This document shows positions 1-12,087 of a stretch of DNA of 64,000 nucleotides, one piece after another. The DNA lies in assembly GCA_963514005.1 (NCBI GenBank), contig OY740783.1, positions 5,642,001-5,706,000 on the forward strand, in the 5' to 3' direction. The notes beneath the pieces were generated by a model. That model made no database searches. It saw nothing but the letters and a program-made list of their open reading frames with translations, and was not told the DNA's origin. Position 1 is the stretch's first letter. Each line of letters opens with the position of its first letter. The stretch comes from Raja brachyura (taxonomy: Eukaryota). A program made the translations under genes and the position numbers.

Positions 1-690
1 AGACTTCTGCACGGTAATTTAAGTAGGGTAAGATTAGTGAACAGTAGAGAATGCGGAGTGATTTGTGATCCAGAACCTGCTTAACTTTGTGTAATACAGA
101 AATGCTTTTTGACAGTTTGGATTGTACATGTGTGATTTCCAGCTGATTCTATCATCCATTATAACCCCAAGAAATTTATTTTCATGAACTCGTTCAATTT
201 GAACCTCATTTATCTTTATATTCGCTTGTGTATTTGTTCTGCAATTACCAAATAACATTATTTTGGTTTTGCTCAAGTTTAATGAGCTGCCCAGCTTCAC
301 AAACTGTTGCCTGTTACTTAAATAACTTTTTATCCAATCCAGTACTAGACCTCTGATGCCATACCTTTCTATTTTTTAAAAAATGATATCATGATTGATT
401 GTATCAAATGCTTTCTTTATATCAATAAATATCCCAGCTGCATATAGTTTATTGTCAATAGCGTTTTTGTGATATCTTCAATTGATTCTATTATTGCAAG
501 TGATGTTGATCTGTTTGATCTGAATCCATATTGACTTTCAGTGATTAGTTTATGCTTTTCTACAAATATATCTAGTCTATTGTTGAACATTTTTTCTAGT
601 ATTTTGGAGAATTGAGGGAGTAAAGAAACAGGTCTGTAGTTTGTGAAATTATGCTTGATCGCAGTTTTGTATTTTGGTATGACTAATGGT
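1..690 (-). mobile_element. Degraded non-LTR retrotransposon RT fragment (CR1/L2 group, Crack/Daphne-like), distinct from the dominant CR1 family
   Basis: ORF 34..300 (KTKIMLFG...KFLGVIMDDRISWKSH). Upstream minus-strand translation gives NYRPVSLL, QYGFR and DIRKAFDT RT motifs. Confidence 0.7.
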
Positions 691-698
691 ATGACTAA

Positions 699-1910
699 TC
701 ATGCTCGACTAATCTTCTGGAATTTTTTGAGGATGTAACTAGGAAAATGGACAAGTGAGAGCCAGTGGATGTAGTGTAGTTGGACATTCAGAAAGCATTT
801 GATAAGGTCCCACATAGGAGAATAGTGGGCAAAATTAGGGCACATGGTATTGGGGGTAGAGTGCTGAAATGGATAGAAAATTGGTTGGCAGACAGGAAAC
901 AAAGAGTAGGGATTAATGGGTCCCTTTCAGAATGGCAGGCAGTGACTACTGGGGTACCGCAAGGCTCAGTGCTGGGACCGCAGCTATTTACAATATACAT
1001 CAATGGTTTGGATGAAGGGATTCAAAGTAACATTAGCAAATTTGCTGATGGCACATAGCTGGGTGGCAGTATGAACTGTGAGGAGGGTACTATGACAATG
1101 CAGGGTGCCTTGGACAGGTTGTGGGAGTGGGCAGATGCATGGCAGATGAAGTTTAATGTGCATACATTTGAGGTTATCCACTTGGGTAGCAAAAACAGGG
1201 AGGCAGATTATTATCTAAATGGTGTCAATTTCGGAAAAGGGGAAGTACAATGGGATCTGGGGATCCTTGTTCACGTCAATGAAAGTCAGCATTCAGGTAC
1301 AGCAGGCAGTGAAGAAAACGAATGGCATGTTGGCCTTCATAACAAGATGAGTTGACTAGAAGAGCAAAGGGGTCCTTCTGCAGTTGTATAGGGCCCCAGT
1401 GAGACCACACCTGGAATATTTTTTGCAGTTTTGATCCCCTAATTTGGGGAAGGACATTCTTGCTATTGAGGGAGTGCAGCGTAGGTTTACAAGGTTAATT
1501 CCCGGGATGGCGGGACTGTCATATGCTGAGAGAATGGAGCAGCTGGGCTTGTATACTCTGGAGTTTAGAAGGATGAGAGGATATCTTATTGAAACATATA
1601 AGATTAGTATGGATTTGGACACACCAGAGGCAGGAAACATGTTCCCAATGTTGGGGGAGTCCAGAACCAGGGGCCACAGTTTAAGAATAAGGGGTAAGCC
1701 ATTTAGAACGGAGACAAGGAAACAATTTTTCACACAGAGTTGGAATTCTCTGGCGGGCAGTGGAGGCAGGTTCGCTGGATACTTTCAAGAAAGAGTTAGA
1801 TAGGGCTCCTACGGATAGTGGAGTCAGGGGATATGGGGAGAAGGCAGGAACGGGATATTGATTGGGGATGATCAGCCATGATCACATTGAATGGCAGTGC
1901 TGGCTCGAAG
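699..1910 (+). mobile_element. CR1-clade LINE, 5'-truncated and frameshifted (RT and 3' end)
   Basis: ORFs 780..1058 (KAFDKVPH, GVPQGSVLGP, KFADG) and 1444..1803, followed by the family 3' UTR. Confidence 0.9.
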
Positions 1911-3756
1911 TATAAATAGGTAAAATGCATGTCGCCTATGATCGTGGTGAATACAGAAAACAGACTAATATATTCACAGGTGCAGATATTTGTTGAATAT
2001 TGGCTGTAACAGAAGGTTACGACCGAGTGGTGAATCTACGGAATTCTCTGCCACAGAAGGTAGTTGAGGCCAGTTCATTGGTTATATTTAAGAGGGAGTT
2101 AGATGTGGCCCTTGTGGCTAAAGGGATCAGGGGGTATGGAGAGAAGGCAGGTACAGCATACTGAGTTCGATGATTAGCCATGATCATATTGAATTGCGGT
2201 GCAGGCTCAAAGGGCCGAATGGCCTACTCCTGCACCTATTTTCTATGTTTCTATGCAATGTTTGTAGCGAACATTATGCCGAATTAAACTGACCTCTCTG
2301 TCTTGATCCACATCCTTGTACTCTCTGAACTTCCCTGTGCCTACATGGAGCCTCTTAAACACTGCTATCATATCCACCCACACCACCATCATCATACGTT
2401 CCAGGTCCGTACCACACTCCGTGTAAAATAACATGCCTCGCCCATCTGCATTAAATGTTCCCCCTCCCACATTATAACTCTGTCCTCTCACGTTGGCCAT
2501 TTCATCCTGGAAAATGATTCTGATGGTCTGCCCTATGAATGCCTCTCATTATTTTATTTAATTCTATCAAGTCTCCCATGAAATCGGAAGTGTCTGTGAT
2601 GTAGTTGAACAAAGGGGACTATGAAGGCATGAGAGGGGAGCTGGCCATGGTAGACTGGAAAGGGATCCTAGCAGGAATGATGGTGGAACAGCAATGGCAG
2701 GAATTTCTGGGCATAATCCGGAAGACGCACGAGGGGAGTAGGAGGCAACCGTGGCTGACGAGAAGTTAGGGATAGAATAAAACTAAAATAAAAGATGTAT
2801 AACACAGCAAAGAGTAGCTGGAAGCCAGAGGATTTGGAAACTTTCATAGGATAACAGAAGGAAACAAAACGGGCAATACGGGCTGAAAAGATGAAGTACG
2901 AAGTACTGGAGGACAGAGGACCTAAGGGGGTAAAGGAAGTGAAAGAAATTTTCAATAGGCGAGAAATAGTATTGGGTAGGCTAATGGGACTGAAGGATGA
3001 TAAATCCCATGGACCTGATGGTTTGCATCCCAGGGTCCTCAGGGAGGTGGCTCGAGAAATAGTGGACGCATTGATGATCATTTTCCAATGTTCAATAGAT
3101 TCAGGATCAGTTCCTGTGGATAGCTACTGTTATCCCACTTTTCAAGAAAGGAGTGAGAGAGAAAGCGGGGAATTATAGACTAGTTAGCCTGACTTCGGTG
3201 GTGGGAAAGATGCTGGAGTTAACTATTAAAGAGGTACTAATGGAGCATTTGGATAGCAGTACAATTATTAGTCCAAGTCAACATGGATATATGAAAGGGA
3301 AATCATGCTTGACTAATCTTCTGGAATTTTTTGAGGATGTGACAAGTAAAATGGATGAAGGGGTGCAAGTGGATGTAGTGTATCTAGACTTTCAGAAAGT
3401 ATTTGATAAGGTCCCGCACGGGAGACTGGTGACTAAAATTACAGCATATGGTATTGGGGGTAGGGTGTTGACATGAATAGAAAATTGGTTGGCAGACCGG
3501 AAGCAAAGAGTAGGAGTGAACGGGTCCTTTTCAGAATGGCAGGCAGTGGCGAGTGAGTGCCGCAAGGCTCGGTGTTGGGGCCGCAACTGGTTACCATTTA
3601 TATTAATGATTTGTTAGTGGGAATTAGGAGCAACACTAGCAAGTTTGTAGATGACACAAAGCTGGGTGGCAGTGTGAACTGTGAAGAGGATGTTAGGAGG
3701 TTGCAGGGTGACCTGGACAGGTTGTGTGAGTGGGCAGATGCGTGGCAGATGCAGTA

Positions 3757-5457
3757 TCTATATTACTAAAATCTGATCTTGACCGCTTTTGGCTCGTTGT
3801 GCTGTGATTTCCGAGAGAACACCACCACCTGCGGCCGTCATTTTTGGCCCACTCGTTCAGAGCCCCCCTCCGCCTTCCTGGACCAGAGGATTTTTCCCAT
3901 CGATGAAAATTCAGAGATATATTAATGTTTTTTAAAAATTCCCCATTCTCTCTGCTGCCCCTGCTGGAGGGAGGGGGAGGGACTATGAAACCAGGAAGTG
4001 GTGTGCCTCAGTCTCTGAAAGATGGAGGAAGCCAGAGGTTCACGTCTCTCTGATCTCTGAATAGCACTGAACACATGTCTACTAAACTGTGAGTGCCCTT
4101 AATGAGGTTTGAAAATGAAAATTTCATTGGTTTGAAGTAAAAGGGCACTGCCTGCAAATGGTTGTTTGGCTGCTTTGGGTTGAAGATAAAAGGCACTACT
4201 GTAAATGGTGGCTTGGGTGCTTTGGGTTGAAGTTAAAAGGCACTACTGCAAATGGTGGCTTGGGTGCTTTGGGTTGAAGTTAAAAGGCACTACTCACTGC
4301 AAATAGTGGTTTGGCTGCTTTGGGTTGAAGTTCAAAGGCACTACTTACAGCAAATGGTGGTTTGGCTGCTTTGGGTTGAGGCAAAAAGGCACTACTTACT
4401 GCAAATGGTGGTTTGGCTGTTTTGGGTTGAGGCAAAAAGGCACTACTTACTGCAAATGGTGGTTTGGCTGCTTTGGGTTGAGGCAAAAAGGCACTACTTA
4501 CTGCAAATGGTGGTTTGGCTGCTTTGGTTCAGGTTAAAAGGCACTACTTTCTGCAAATGGTGGTTTGGCTGCTTTGGTTTGAAGTTAAAATGCACTACTT
4601 ACTGTAAATGGTGGTTTGGCTGCTTTGGGTTGAAGATAGCAGGAAGATTGTTCCCGATGTTGGGGAGGTCCAGGACATGGGGTCACAGCTTAAGGATAAG
4701 GGGGAAATCCTTTAGGACCGAGATGAGAAGGACTTTTTTCACACAGAGAGTGGTGGGTCTCTGGAACTCTCTGCCACAGAGGGTAGTTGAGGCCAGTTTG
4801 AGGCCAGTTCATTGACTATATTTAAGAGGGAGTTAGATGTGGCCCTTGTGGCTAAGGGGATCAGAGGGTATGGAGAGAAGGCAGGTACAGGATACTGAGT
4901 TGGATGATCAGCCATGATCATATTGAATGGCGGTGCAGGCTCGAAGGGCCGAATGGCCTACTCCTGCACCTAATTTCTATGTTTCTATGTTTCTATGTTT
5001 CTATAGGCACGACTTGCTGCAAATGGTGGTTGGCTGCTTTGGGTTGAAGTTAAAAGGCTCTAATTACTGCAAATGGTGGTTTGGCTGCTTTGGGTTGAAG
5101 TTAAAAGGCACTACTTACTGCAAATGGTGGTTTGGCTGCTTTGGGTTGAAGTTAAAAGGCACTACTTACTGCAAATGATGGTTTGGCTGCTTTGGGTAAC
5201 TTCCTGTTTGCACTGCATAATGATTTTAGATAAAACGCTACTACTTATGGCTGTGATTTTTGGCCATCTTACTCAGTCGCCCTCCGCTCAGCAGGTGCAG
5301 AGGATTCTTCCCATCAATTAAAAATAAAAGTGGTATTACTGTTTAAAAAATGTTGAGAGTCTCTCTCCTGCCAATCACGCCATGAAGGCCACACCTTTTC
5401 CAGGGGGACCAGCCTTCCTGTGTGAACATGGGACCCAACGGGTCCCACTTAGTCTAG
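3757..5457 (+). mobile_element. Non-autonomous Helitron
   Basis: Starts TC (3757), ends CTAG (5454-5457), has subterminal hairpin TGGGACCC-aac-GGGTCCCA (5429-5447), and sits between host A and T with no TSD. Confidence 0.85.
4125..5197. repeat. 51-bp minisatellite inside the Helitron, interrupted by a CR1 3' end (~4635-5003)
   Basis: Unit aaaaggcactacttactgcaaatggtggtttggctgctttgggttgaagtt; period 51 (4381 vs 4432); 17-aa repeats in the spurious ORFs. Confidence 0.92.
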
Positions 5458-6309
5458 TAATATAGATAAATGTGAGGATATCCACTTTGGTGGCAAAAAC
5501 AAGCGGGCAGATTATTATCTAAATTGGGGTTAGGTTAGGTAAGGGGGAGGTGCAGCGAGACCTGGGTGTCCTTGTACACCGGTCACTGAAAGTTGGCTTA
5601 CAGGTACAGCAGACAGTGAAGAAAGCTAATGGAATGTTGGCCTTCATAATAAGAAGATTTCAGTGTAGGAGTAAAGAGGTTCTTCTGCAGTTGCACAGGG
5701 CTCTGGTGAGACCACATCTGGAGTATTGTGTACAGTTTTGGTCTCCTAATTTGAAGAAGGACATCCTTGTGATTGAAGCAGTGCAGCGTAGGTTCACGAG
5801 ATTGATCCCTGGGATGGCGGGACTGTCATATGTGGAAAGATTGAAAAGACTAGGCTTGTAGTTACTGGAGTTTAGAAGGATGAGGGAGTATCTTATAGAA
5901 ACATAAAATTATCAAATGACTGGACAAGCTAAATGCAGGAAAAATGTTCCCACTGTTGGGCGAGTCCAGAACCAGGGGCCACAGCCTTAGAATAAAGGGG
6001 AGGTCATTTAAGACTGAGGTGAGAAAAATTTATTTCACCCAGATAGTTGTGAATTTATGGAATTCCCTGCCACAGAAGGCAATGGAGGCCAAGTCGCTGG
6101 ATGGATTTAAGAGAGAGTTAGAAAGAGCTCTATGGGCTAGTGGAGTCAAGGGATATGGGGAAAAGGCAAGCATGGGTTATTGATAGGGGACGATCAGCCA
6201 TGATCACAATGAATGGTGGTGCTGGCTCGAAGGGCCGAATGGCCTCCTGCAATACCTTTTTTTCTGTGTTTCTGTTTCTAATGTTCTTCCAACTCTGGAT
6301 ACGTTCCTG

Positions 6310-7690
6310 TGTCCTGGAGGGTAGCCAATGTACCTCTACCTTTTAAGAAAGGAGGGATAGAGATAACAGGAAATTATAGACCAGTTAGCCTTAAATCGGT
6401 CGTGGTTTGCGTCGACTATTAATGATGTTATTGCGGCCCATTTGGAAAGCAGTGACAGGATTGGTCAAAGTCAGCATGGATTTATGAAGGGGAAATCATG
6501 CTTAACTAATCTTCTGGAATTTTTTGAGGATGTAACCAGTAGAATGGATAAGGGAGAGCCGGTGAATGTGGTGTATCTGGACTTTCGAAAAGCCTTTGAC
6601 ATGGTCCCACACAAGAGATTGGTGGGCAAAATTAGATCACATGGTATTGGGGGTAGGGTACTGACATGGATAGAGAACTGGTTGGCAGACAGGAAGCAAA
6701 GAGTAGGAATTAACTGGTCCTTTTCAGAATGGCAGGCAGTGACTAATGGGATGCGGCAAGGCTCGGTGCTGGGACCCCAGTTATTTACAATATATATTAA
6801 CGATTTAGATGAGGGGAATTAAATGTGACATTTCCAAGATAGGTTTACGGATGACACAAAGCTGGGTGGCAGTGTGATCTGCGATGAGGATGCTATGAGG
6901 CTGCAAGGTGGCAATATAATGTGGATACGTGAGGTTATCCACTTTGGTGGCAAGAACAGGAAGGCAGTTTATTATCCGAATGGTGTCAGATTTGGAAAAG
7001 GGGAGGTTGAGTGAGACCTGGGTGTGCTTCAGTCACTGAAAGTAAGCATGCAGGCACAGCAGGCAGTGAAGAAATCTAATGACAAAAATGCTGGAGAAAC
7101 TCAGCGGGTGAGGCAGCATCTATGGAGCAAAGGAAATGGGCAACGTTTCAGGTCGAAACCCTTCTTCAGACTGATGTGAGGGTGGGGGGGTGGTGGGGGG
7201 GGACTGGAAGAAGAAAAACTTAATGGCAAATTGGCTTTCATTGCGAGAGGATTTGAGTTTAGGAGTAAGGAGGTCCTACTGGCAGTTGTACAGCCCCTGG
7301 TGACACCGCACTTGTAGTATAGTGTGCAATTTCGGTCTCCTAATTTGAGGAAGGACATTATTGCTATTGAGGTAGTGCAGTGGACCATAACATCCATTAA
7401 TTTCACCAGGTTTATTCCCGGCATGGCGGGACTGAGAGGCTCGATGCAGGAAAAATGTTCCCGCCCTTGGGGGAGACCAGAACCAGGGTCACAGTTTAAG
7501 AATAAGGGATAGGCCATGTAGGACTGAGATGAGGATAAAAAAATTCACCCAGAGAGTTGTGAATCTGTTGAATTTTCTGCCAGTGAAGGCATCAGAGGCC
7601 AATTCACTGGATCTTTTCAAGAGAGAGTTAGGTTTAGATCTCAGAACTAAAGGAATCATGGGATATTGGAAAAAGCAGGAACAGGATATG
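6310..7690 (+). mobile_element. CR1 LINE fragment with a small Penelope-derived insert near 7082-7215
   Basis: ORF 6442..6822 (SQHGFMKGKSCLTNL, YLDFRKAFD) and C-terminal remnants. Confidence 0.85.
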
Positions 7691-7719
7691 TTTCTCACAT
7701 ATGACGCTTCAAGTATCAA

Positions 7720-8432
7720 ACATAGAAAATTAGAAATGTAGAAAATAGGTGCAGGAGGAGGCCATTCGACCCTTCGATCCAGCACCGCCATTCATTGTGA
7801 TCATGGCTGATTGTCCCCAATCAATAACTCGTGCCTGCCTTCTCCGCATATCCCTTGACTCCACTAGCCGCTAGAGCTCTAGCTAACTCTCTCTTAAATC
7901 CATCCAGTGATTTGGCCTCCACTGCCCTCTGTGGCAGGGAATTCTACAAATTCTACAACTCTCCGGGTGAAAACGTTTCAATCTCGTGAACCTACGCTGC
8001 ACTGCCTCAATCACAAGGATGTCCTTCCTGAAATTAGGAGACCAAAACTGTACACAATACTCCAGATGTTGTCATATCAGAGCCCTGTACAATTGCAGAA
8101 GAACCTCTTTACTCCTGTACTGAAATCATCTTGTTATGAAGGCCAACATTCCATTAGATTCCTTCACTGCCTGCTGTACCTGCACGCCAACTTTCAGTGA
8201 CTGGTGTACAAGGTCACCCAGGTCTCTCTGTACCTCCCACTTACCTAACCTAAGCTCATTGAGATAATAATCTGCCCCCTTGTTTTTTCCGCTGAAGTGA
8301 ATAACCTCACATGTGTCTATATTGTACTGCATCTGCCACGCATCTCCCCACTCACTCGACCTGTCCAGGTCGCCCTGTAACCTCCTAACATCCTCTTCAC
8401 AGTTCACACTGCCACCCAACTTTGTGTCATCC
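7720..8432 (-). mobile_element. CR1 LINE 3' fragment
   Basis: ORF 8126..8491 (ADDTKLGG, WQMQYN) and reversed catagaaa tail. Confidence 0.85.
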
Positions 8433-8936
8433 GCTTTGTGATTCCTCCATTGACCTCGTTTGCTCAAACATCCCTGCAAGTGGAGATTCAAGTGGGCAGC
8501 AAAATAATATTCTGAAGTGAATCCATAATTTAAAATCCCATCAATTTATTTGAATGAGAAATGAAGAAATAGACTCCTTCAGAGAATTCAGTTGATTCGC
8601 GCCAACTGCCAATATCTTTAAAACATCATCGCTGTTGAGAATGGTGTCTTCATTGCCTTGTTTGTGTTGCTCTAAAAATGGCTGGAAACAGAGATGAGCT
8701 GATTTAAATAAACGCTGATTTCAACAGCCCCAGACCTAAGTTCGTTTACTGAAGGACAGAAACGGAGTCAATGTTTCCCGAGAGGTGCAAAACTGATAAA
8801 GTGAGAACGAAATGCAAATCTCCCAACTGACTACTTCAGAGATATTTATTTTAAGTTGTCAACGTTCACTCGTAGAAAAAATAAACAAAGTTGAAGTGCA
8901 TATGGATGATGGTAGTCAATAATATTCCCTACAAAG

Positions 8937-9092
8937 GTACACAAAAGGCTGGAGAAACTCAGCGGGTGCAGCAGCATCTAAGGAGCGAAGGAGATATCTC
9001 CTTCGCTCCTTAGATGCTGCTGCACCCGCTGAGTTTCTCCAGCCTTTTGTGTACCTTCGATTCTCCAGCATCTGCAGTTCCTTCTTTAACAC
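8937..9092. mobile_element. Short Penelope-derived insertion containing a perfect palindrome, flanked by a 16-bp TSD
   Basis: Palindrome 8934-9057; direct repeats aatattccctacaaag (8921-8936) and aatactccctacaaag (9093-9108). Sequence resembles the flanks of the GIY-YIG fragment at 51 kb. Confidence 0.7.
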
Positions 9093-10589
9093 AATACTCC
9101 CTACAAAGCTAGGTTAACTAAGAACATGTATCATATTTTCCAACAATGGCTGGGATCAATAGCATTCTCTGCATACATTTGAATGCCACACGTAACAAAT
9201 TCATAGATGCACAGAAAATACAATGATTAATTCCAATTCAAAGTCGTGGAAGAATAGTATGTTGGAACGCAGGAACATTGATTTGCCTGTCTGCACCTTA
9301 AATGTTCGACATTCCTCGTGTTTTCCTCACGCATCGGTTAATGACTATTTCTATCTATCTCCTCAGATAACACTAGTGGATTCTTCTTCAGATATCTCTA
9401 TTAGACACCATTCGCCCAACCAGTGCAGTCTGGATCATTGTAACACTGTCCAACAAATGTGTTCATTGATTCATTGTTTGGAACTTGTCTTCATTCAACT
9501 TTGCTCTATGGAATATCAACACCACAGGAATCATCCCTAATGCCGATAATTTCTCCAATCACTCGACAGATCTACAATTCCACTCCTGCACCACAACATC
9601 CATTAATTTCCTTTGGAACTCATGATGGCATTTTAATATAACGTTGTGTTTGCATTATTATCATTTCTCCCTACTGCCTTTTCTGTAACTAAACTCGAAA
9701 TTGGAATGGACAGTCCCAATATGATTCGATATTGACAACGAATGTGTAGGAAGGAACTGCAGGTGTTGGTTTAAATCGAAGGTAGACACAAAATGCTGGA
9801 GTAACTCAACGGTGACAGACTGTATCTCTGGAGAAGTCTGAAGAAGGGTCTCGACCAGAAACGTCAAAATAAAGGGGAATAAATGTCTTAGAATAAAGGG
9901 GAGAAAAATACGTTTTCACCCAGAGAGTAGTGAATTTATGGAATTCTCTGCCACAGGGGGCAGTGGAGGCCAAATCACTGGATGGATTTAAGAGAGTGTT
10001 AGATAGAGCTCTTGGGGCTAGTGGAATCAAGGGATATGGGGAGAAGATAGGCACGGGTTATTGATAGCGGACGATCAGCCATGATCCCAATGAATGGCCG
10101 TGCTGGCTCGATGGGCCGAGTGGCCTCCTGCACCTATTTTCGATGTTTCTATGTCACTAGCATTCTGTGTCTACCTTTGAAAACAACAAAGGCCTGTCTG
10201 TCTGTGTCTGTCTGTGTCTGTCCGTCCGTCTGTCTGTCTGCCTCAAATATTGCTCACACACTCACATCTCTTTTCATTTTATTTCCATTTTGTTCAGCCT
10301 GAATCTATGGTTTTCATCCTTCAATTAATGTGGTCAACTGTCAATGCATAGGCTGTGCTTTTGCATCCTGGCATTTCGAAACCACTGAATACAGCGGTGC
10401 AATGAAACATAATCTCCCGAACTGTTGCCTTGTCGGTCTGTTTTAAATTAGACTGCGCTGAATCACATGGGAAGGTTTCAACCTCTGTTACCTCAAGTAA
10501 CTATCTATCTATGAAACATTTATTTTTTCCCAGTGGACTCAATATAGGTTTTGCGACGCATGGTCGTTTCTTGAGCCCATTACATTACA

Positions 10590-11340
10590 TGGAAACATAG
10601 AAAATAGCTGCAGGAGTAGGCCATTCGGCCCTTCGAGCCTGCGCGGCCATTCAATATGATCATAGCTGATCATTCAACTCAGTATCCTGTCCCTGTCTTC
10701 TCTCCATACCCCCTGATCCCTTTAGCCACAAGGGCCACACCTAACTCCCTCTTAAATATAGCCAATGAACTGGCCTCAACTACCTTCTCTGTGTGAAAAA
10801 TGTTTCTCTCATCTCGGTCCAAAAAGATTTCCCCCTTATCCTTAAACTGTGACCCCTTGTTCTGGACTTCACCAACATCGGGAACAATCTTCCTGCATCT
10901 AGCCTGTCCAACCCCTTAAAAATTTTGTCAGTTTCTATAAGAATTTAGAAGATTGAGGGGGGATCTTATAGAAACTTACAACATTCTCAAGGGGTTGGAC
11001 AGCTAGATGCAGGAAGATTGTTCCCGATGTTGGGGAAGTCCAGAACCAGGGGTCACAGTTTAAGGATAAGGGGGAACATTTTTAGGACCGAGATGAGAAA
11101 AACATTTTTCACACAGAGTGGTGAGTCTGTGGAATTCTCTGCCACAGAAGGTAGTTGAGGCCAGTTCATTGGCTACATTTAAGAGGGAGTTAAATATGAC
11201 CCTTGTGGCTAAAGGGATCAGAGGGTATGGAGAGAAGGCAGGTACAGGATACTGAGTTGGATGATCAGCCATGATCATGTTGAATGGTGGTGCAGGCTCG
11301 AAGGGCCGAATGGCCTACTCCTGCACCTGTGTTTCTATGT
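10590..11340. mobile_element. Two CR1 3' ends arranged head-to-head (foldback)
   Basis: Minus copy ~10590-10942 and plus copy ~10942-11340 are reverse complements of each other, with tails pointing outward. Confidence 0.85.
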
Positions 11341-11362
11341 TTCAATGGGAGCCGTGTCTCAG

Positions 11363-11431
11363 CTCCGCCCGTTGCACCACTCGGTTTACAGGCCCCGCCC
11401 ACAGCCACGCCCTCTGTTGCCGGGTATTTAA
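11363..11431 (+). promoter_or_regulatory. Candidate VH promoter: three GC/CACCC-type boxes and a TATA-like element, no octamer
   Basis: ctccgccc 11363, ccccgccc 11393, ccacgccc 11405, TATTTAA 11425-11431, about 95 bp upstream of the leader ATG. Confidence 0.55.
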
Positions 11432-11524
11432 TTCTCTCTAAGAGGGTCCGAAATCCATCTTCCTTGCAGTGGGTTTGTTGCGAGGTTCTGTACAGAAACA
11501 AACCGGGTCACACTTCCCAGCGGG

Positions 11525-11570
11525 ATGAGGTCGGCGGTTTCACTGAGTCTATTCCTGGCGTTAATAGTCC
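11525..11570 (+). CDS. IGHV: IgH leader exon (MRSAVSLSLFLALIV)
   Basis: ATG, hydrophobic signal peptide and phase-1 donor gtgagt at 11571; in frame with the V exon. Confidence 0.92.
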
Positions 11571-11744
11571 GTGAGTAACGAGTTGGACAAAATCCTCACG
11601 CATGTTTCTCAGTGGTAGATCCCCAATGCCATTCCCCTTCTACCCACTCTTCAACCCTCCCAATGTCTTTCCTCTTGATAATTAGTGTCGGGGATTAATT
11701 GTCAGTATTTTATCCTCACCATTCATGCCTTTTATAACTTGCAG

Positions 11745-12048
11745 ATGTCCATTCCGATGTCGTTCTAACTCAGCCCAAGACAGCGACGGCCCGTCCTGGA
11801 GGCTCCATTACACTGGAATGTAAAACCAGCGGGTTCACTCTTAGCAGCTACGCAATGTATTTGGTCCGTCAGGTCCCTGGGCAGGGGCTGGAGTGGCTGA
11901 TTTCCTACAACAGTTATTATAGCAAGAACATCGCTCCGGGGATAGAGAGCCGATTTACTCCGTCCAAAGACAATTCGAATAATATGTTCACCGTGACCGC
12001 CAGGGACCTGAGGATCGAAGACACCGCTGTCTATTACTGTGCGAGAGA
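11745..12048 (+). CDS. IGHV: Immunoglobulin heavy-chain V segment (unrearranged, open frame)
   Basis: Acceptor ttgcag at 11744. Translation [52 protein letters not shown]...DTAVYYCAR, with both canonical Cys. Confidence 0.97.
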
Positions 12049-12087
12049 CACAGTGTGAGGATTCAGTGACAAGAGCGGCACGTTGGG
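12049..12087 (+). other. V recombination signal: consensus heptamer, no recognisable nonamer at 23-bp spacing
   Basis: CACAGTG at 12049-12055. The nonamer position (12079-12087) reads CACGTTGGG. Confidence 0.8.

Larger units (their letters stand above)
2580..6280 (+). mobile_element. CR1-clade LINE fragment split by a Helitron insertion at 3756/5458
   Basis: ORFs 2891, 3153, 3557, 5550 and 5944 are consecutive RT segments. The sequence rejoins as gcagta|taatatagataaatgtgagg across the insert. Confidence 0.9.

Noticed and set aside
4125-5197. CRISPR-like array or repeat protein (ORFs 4252, 4325, 5073)
   Set aside because: Head-to-tail 51-bp units with no unique spacers in vertebrate DNA. The ORFs arise because the unit length is a multiple of 3.
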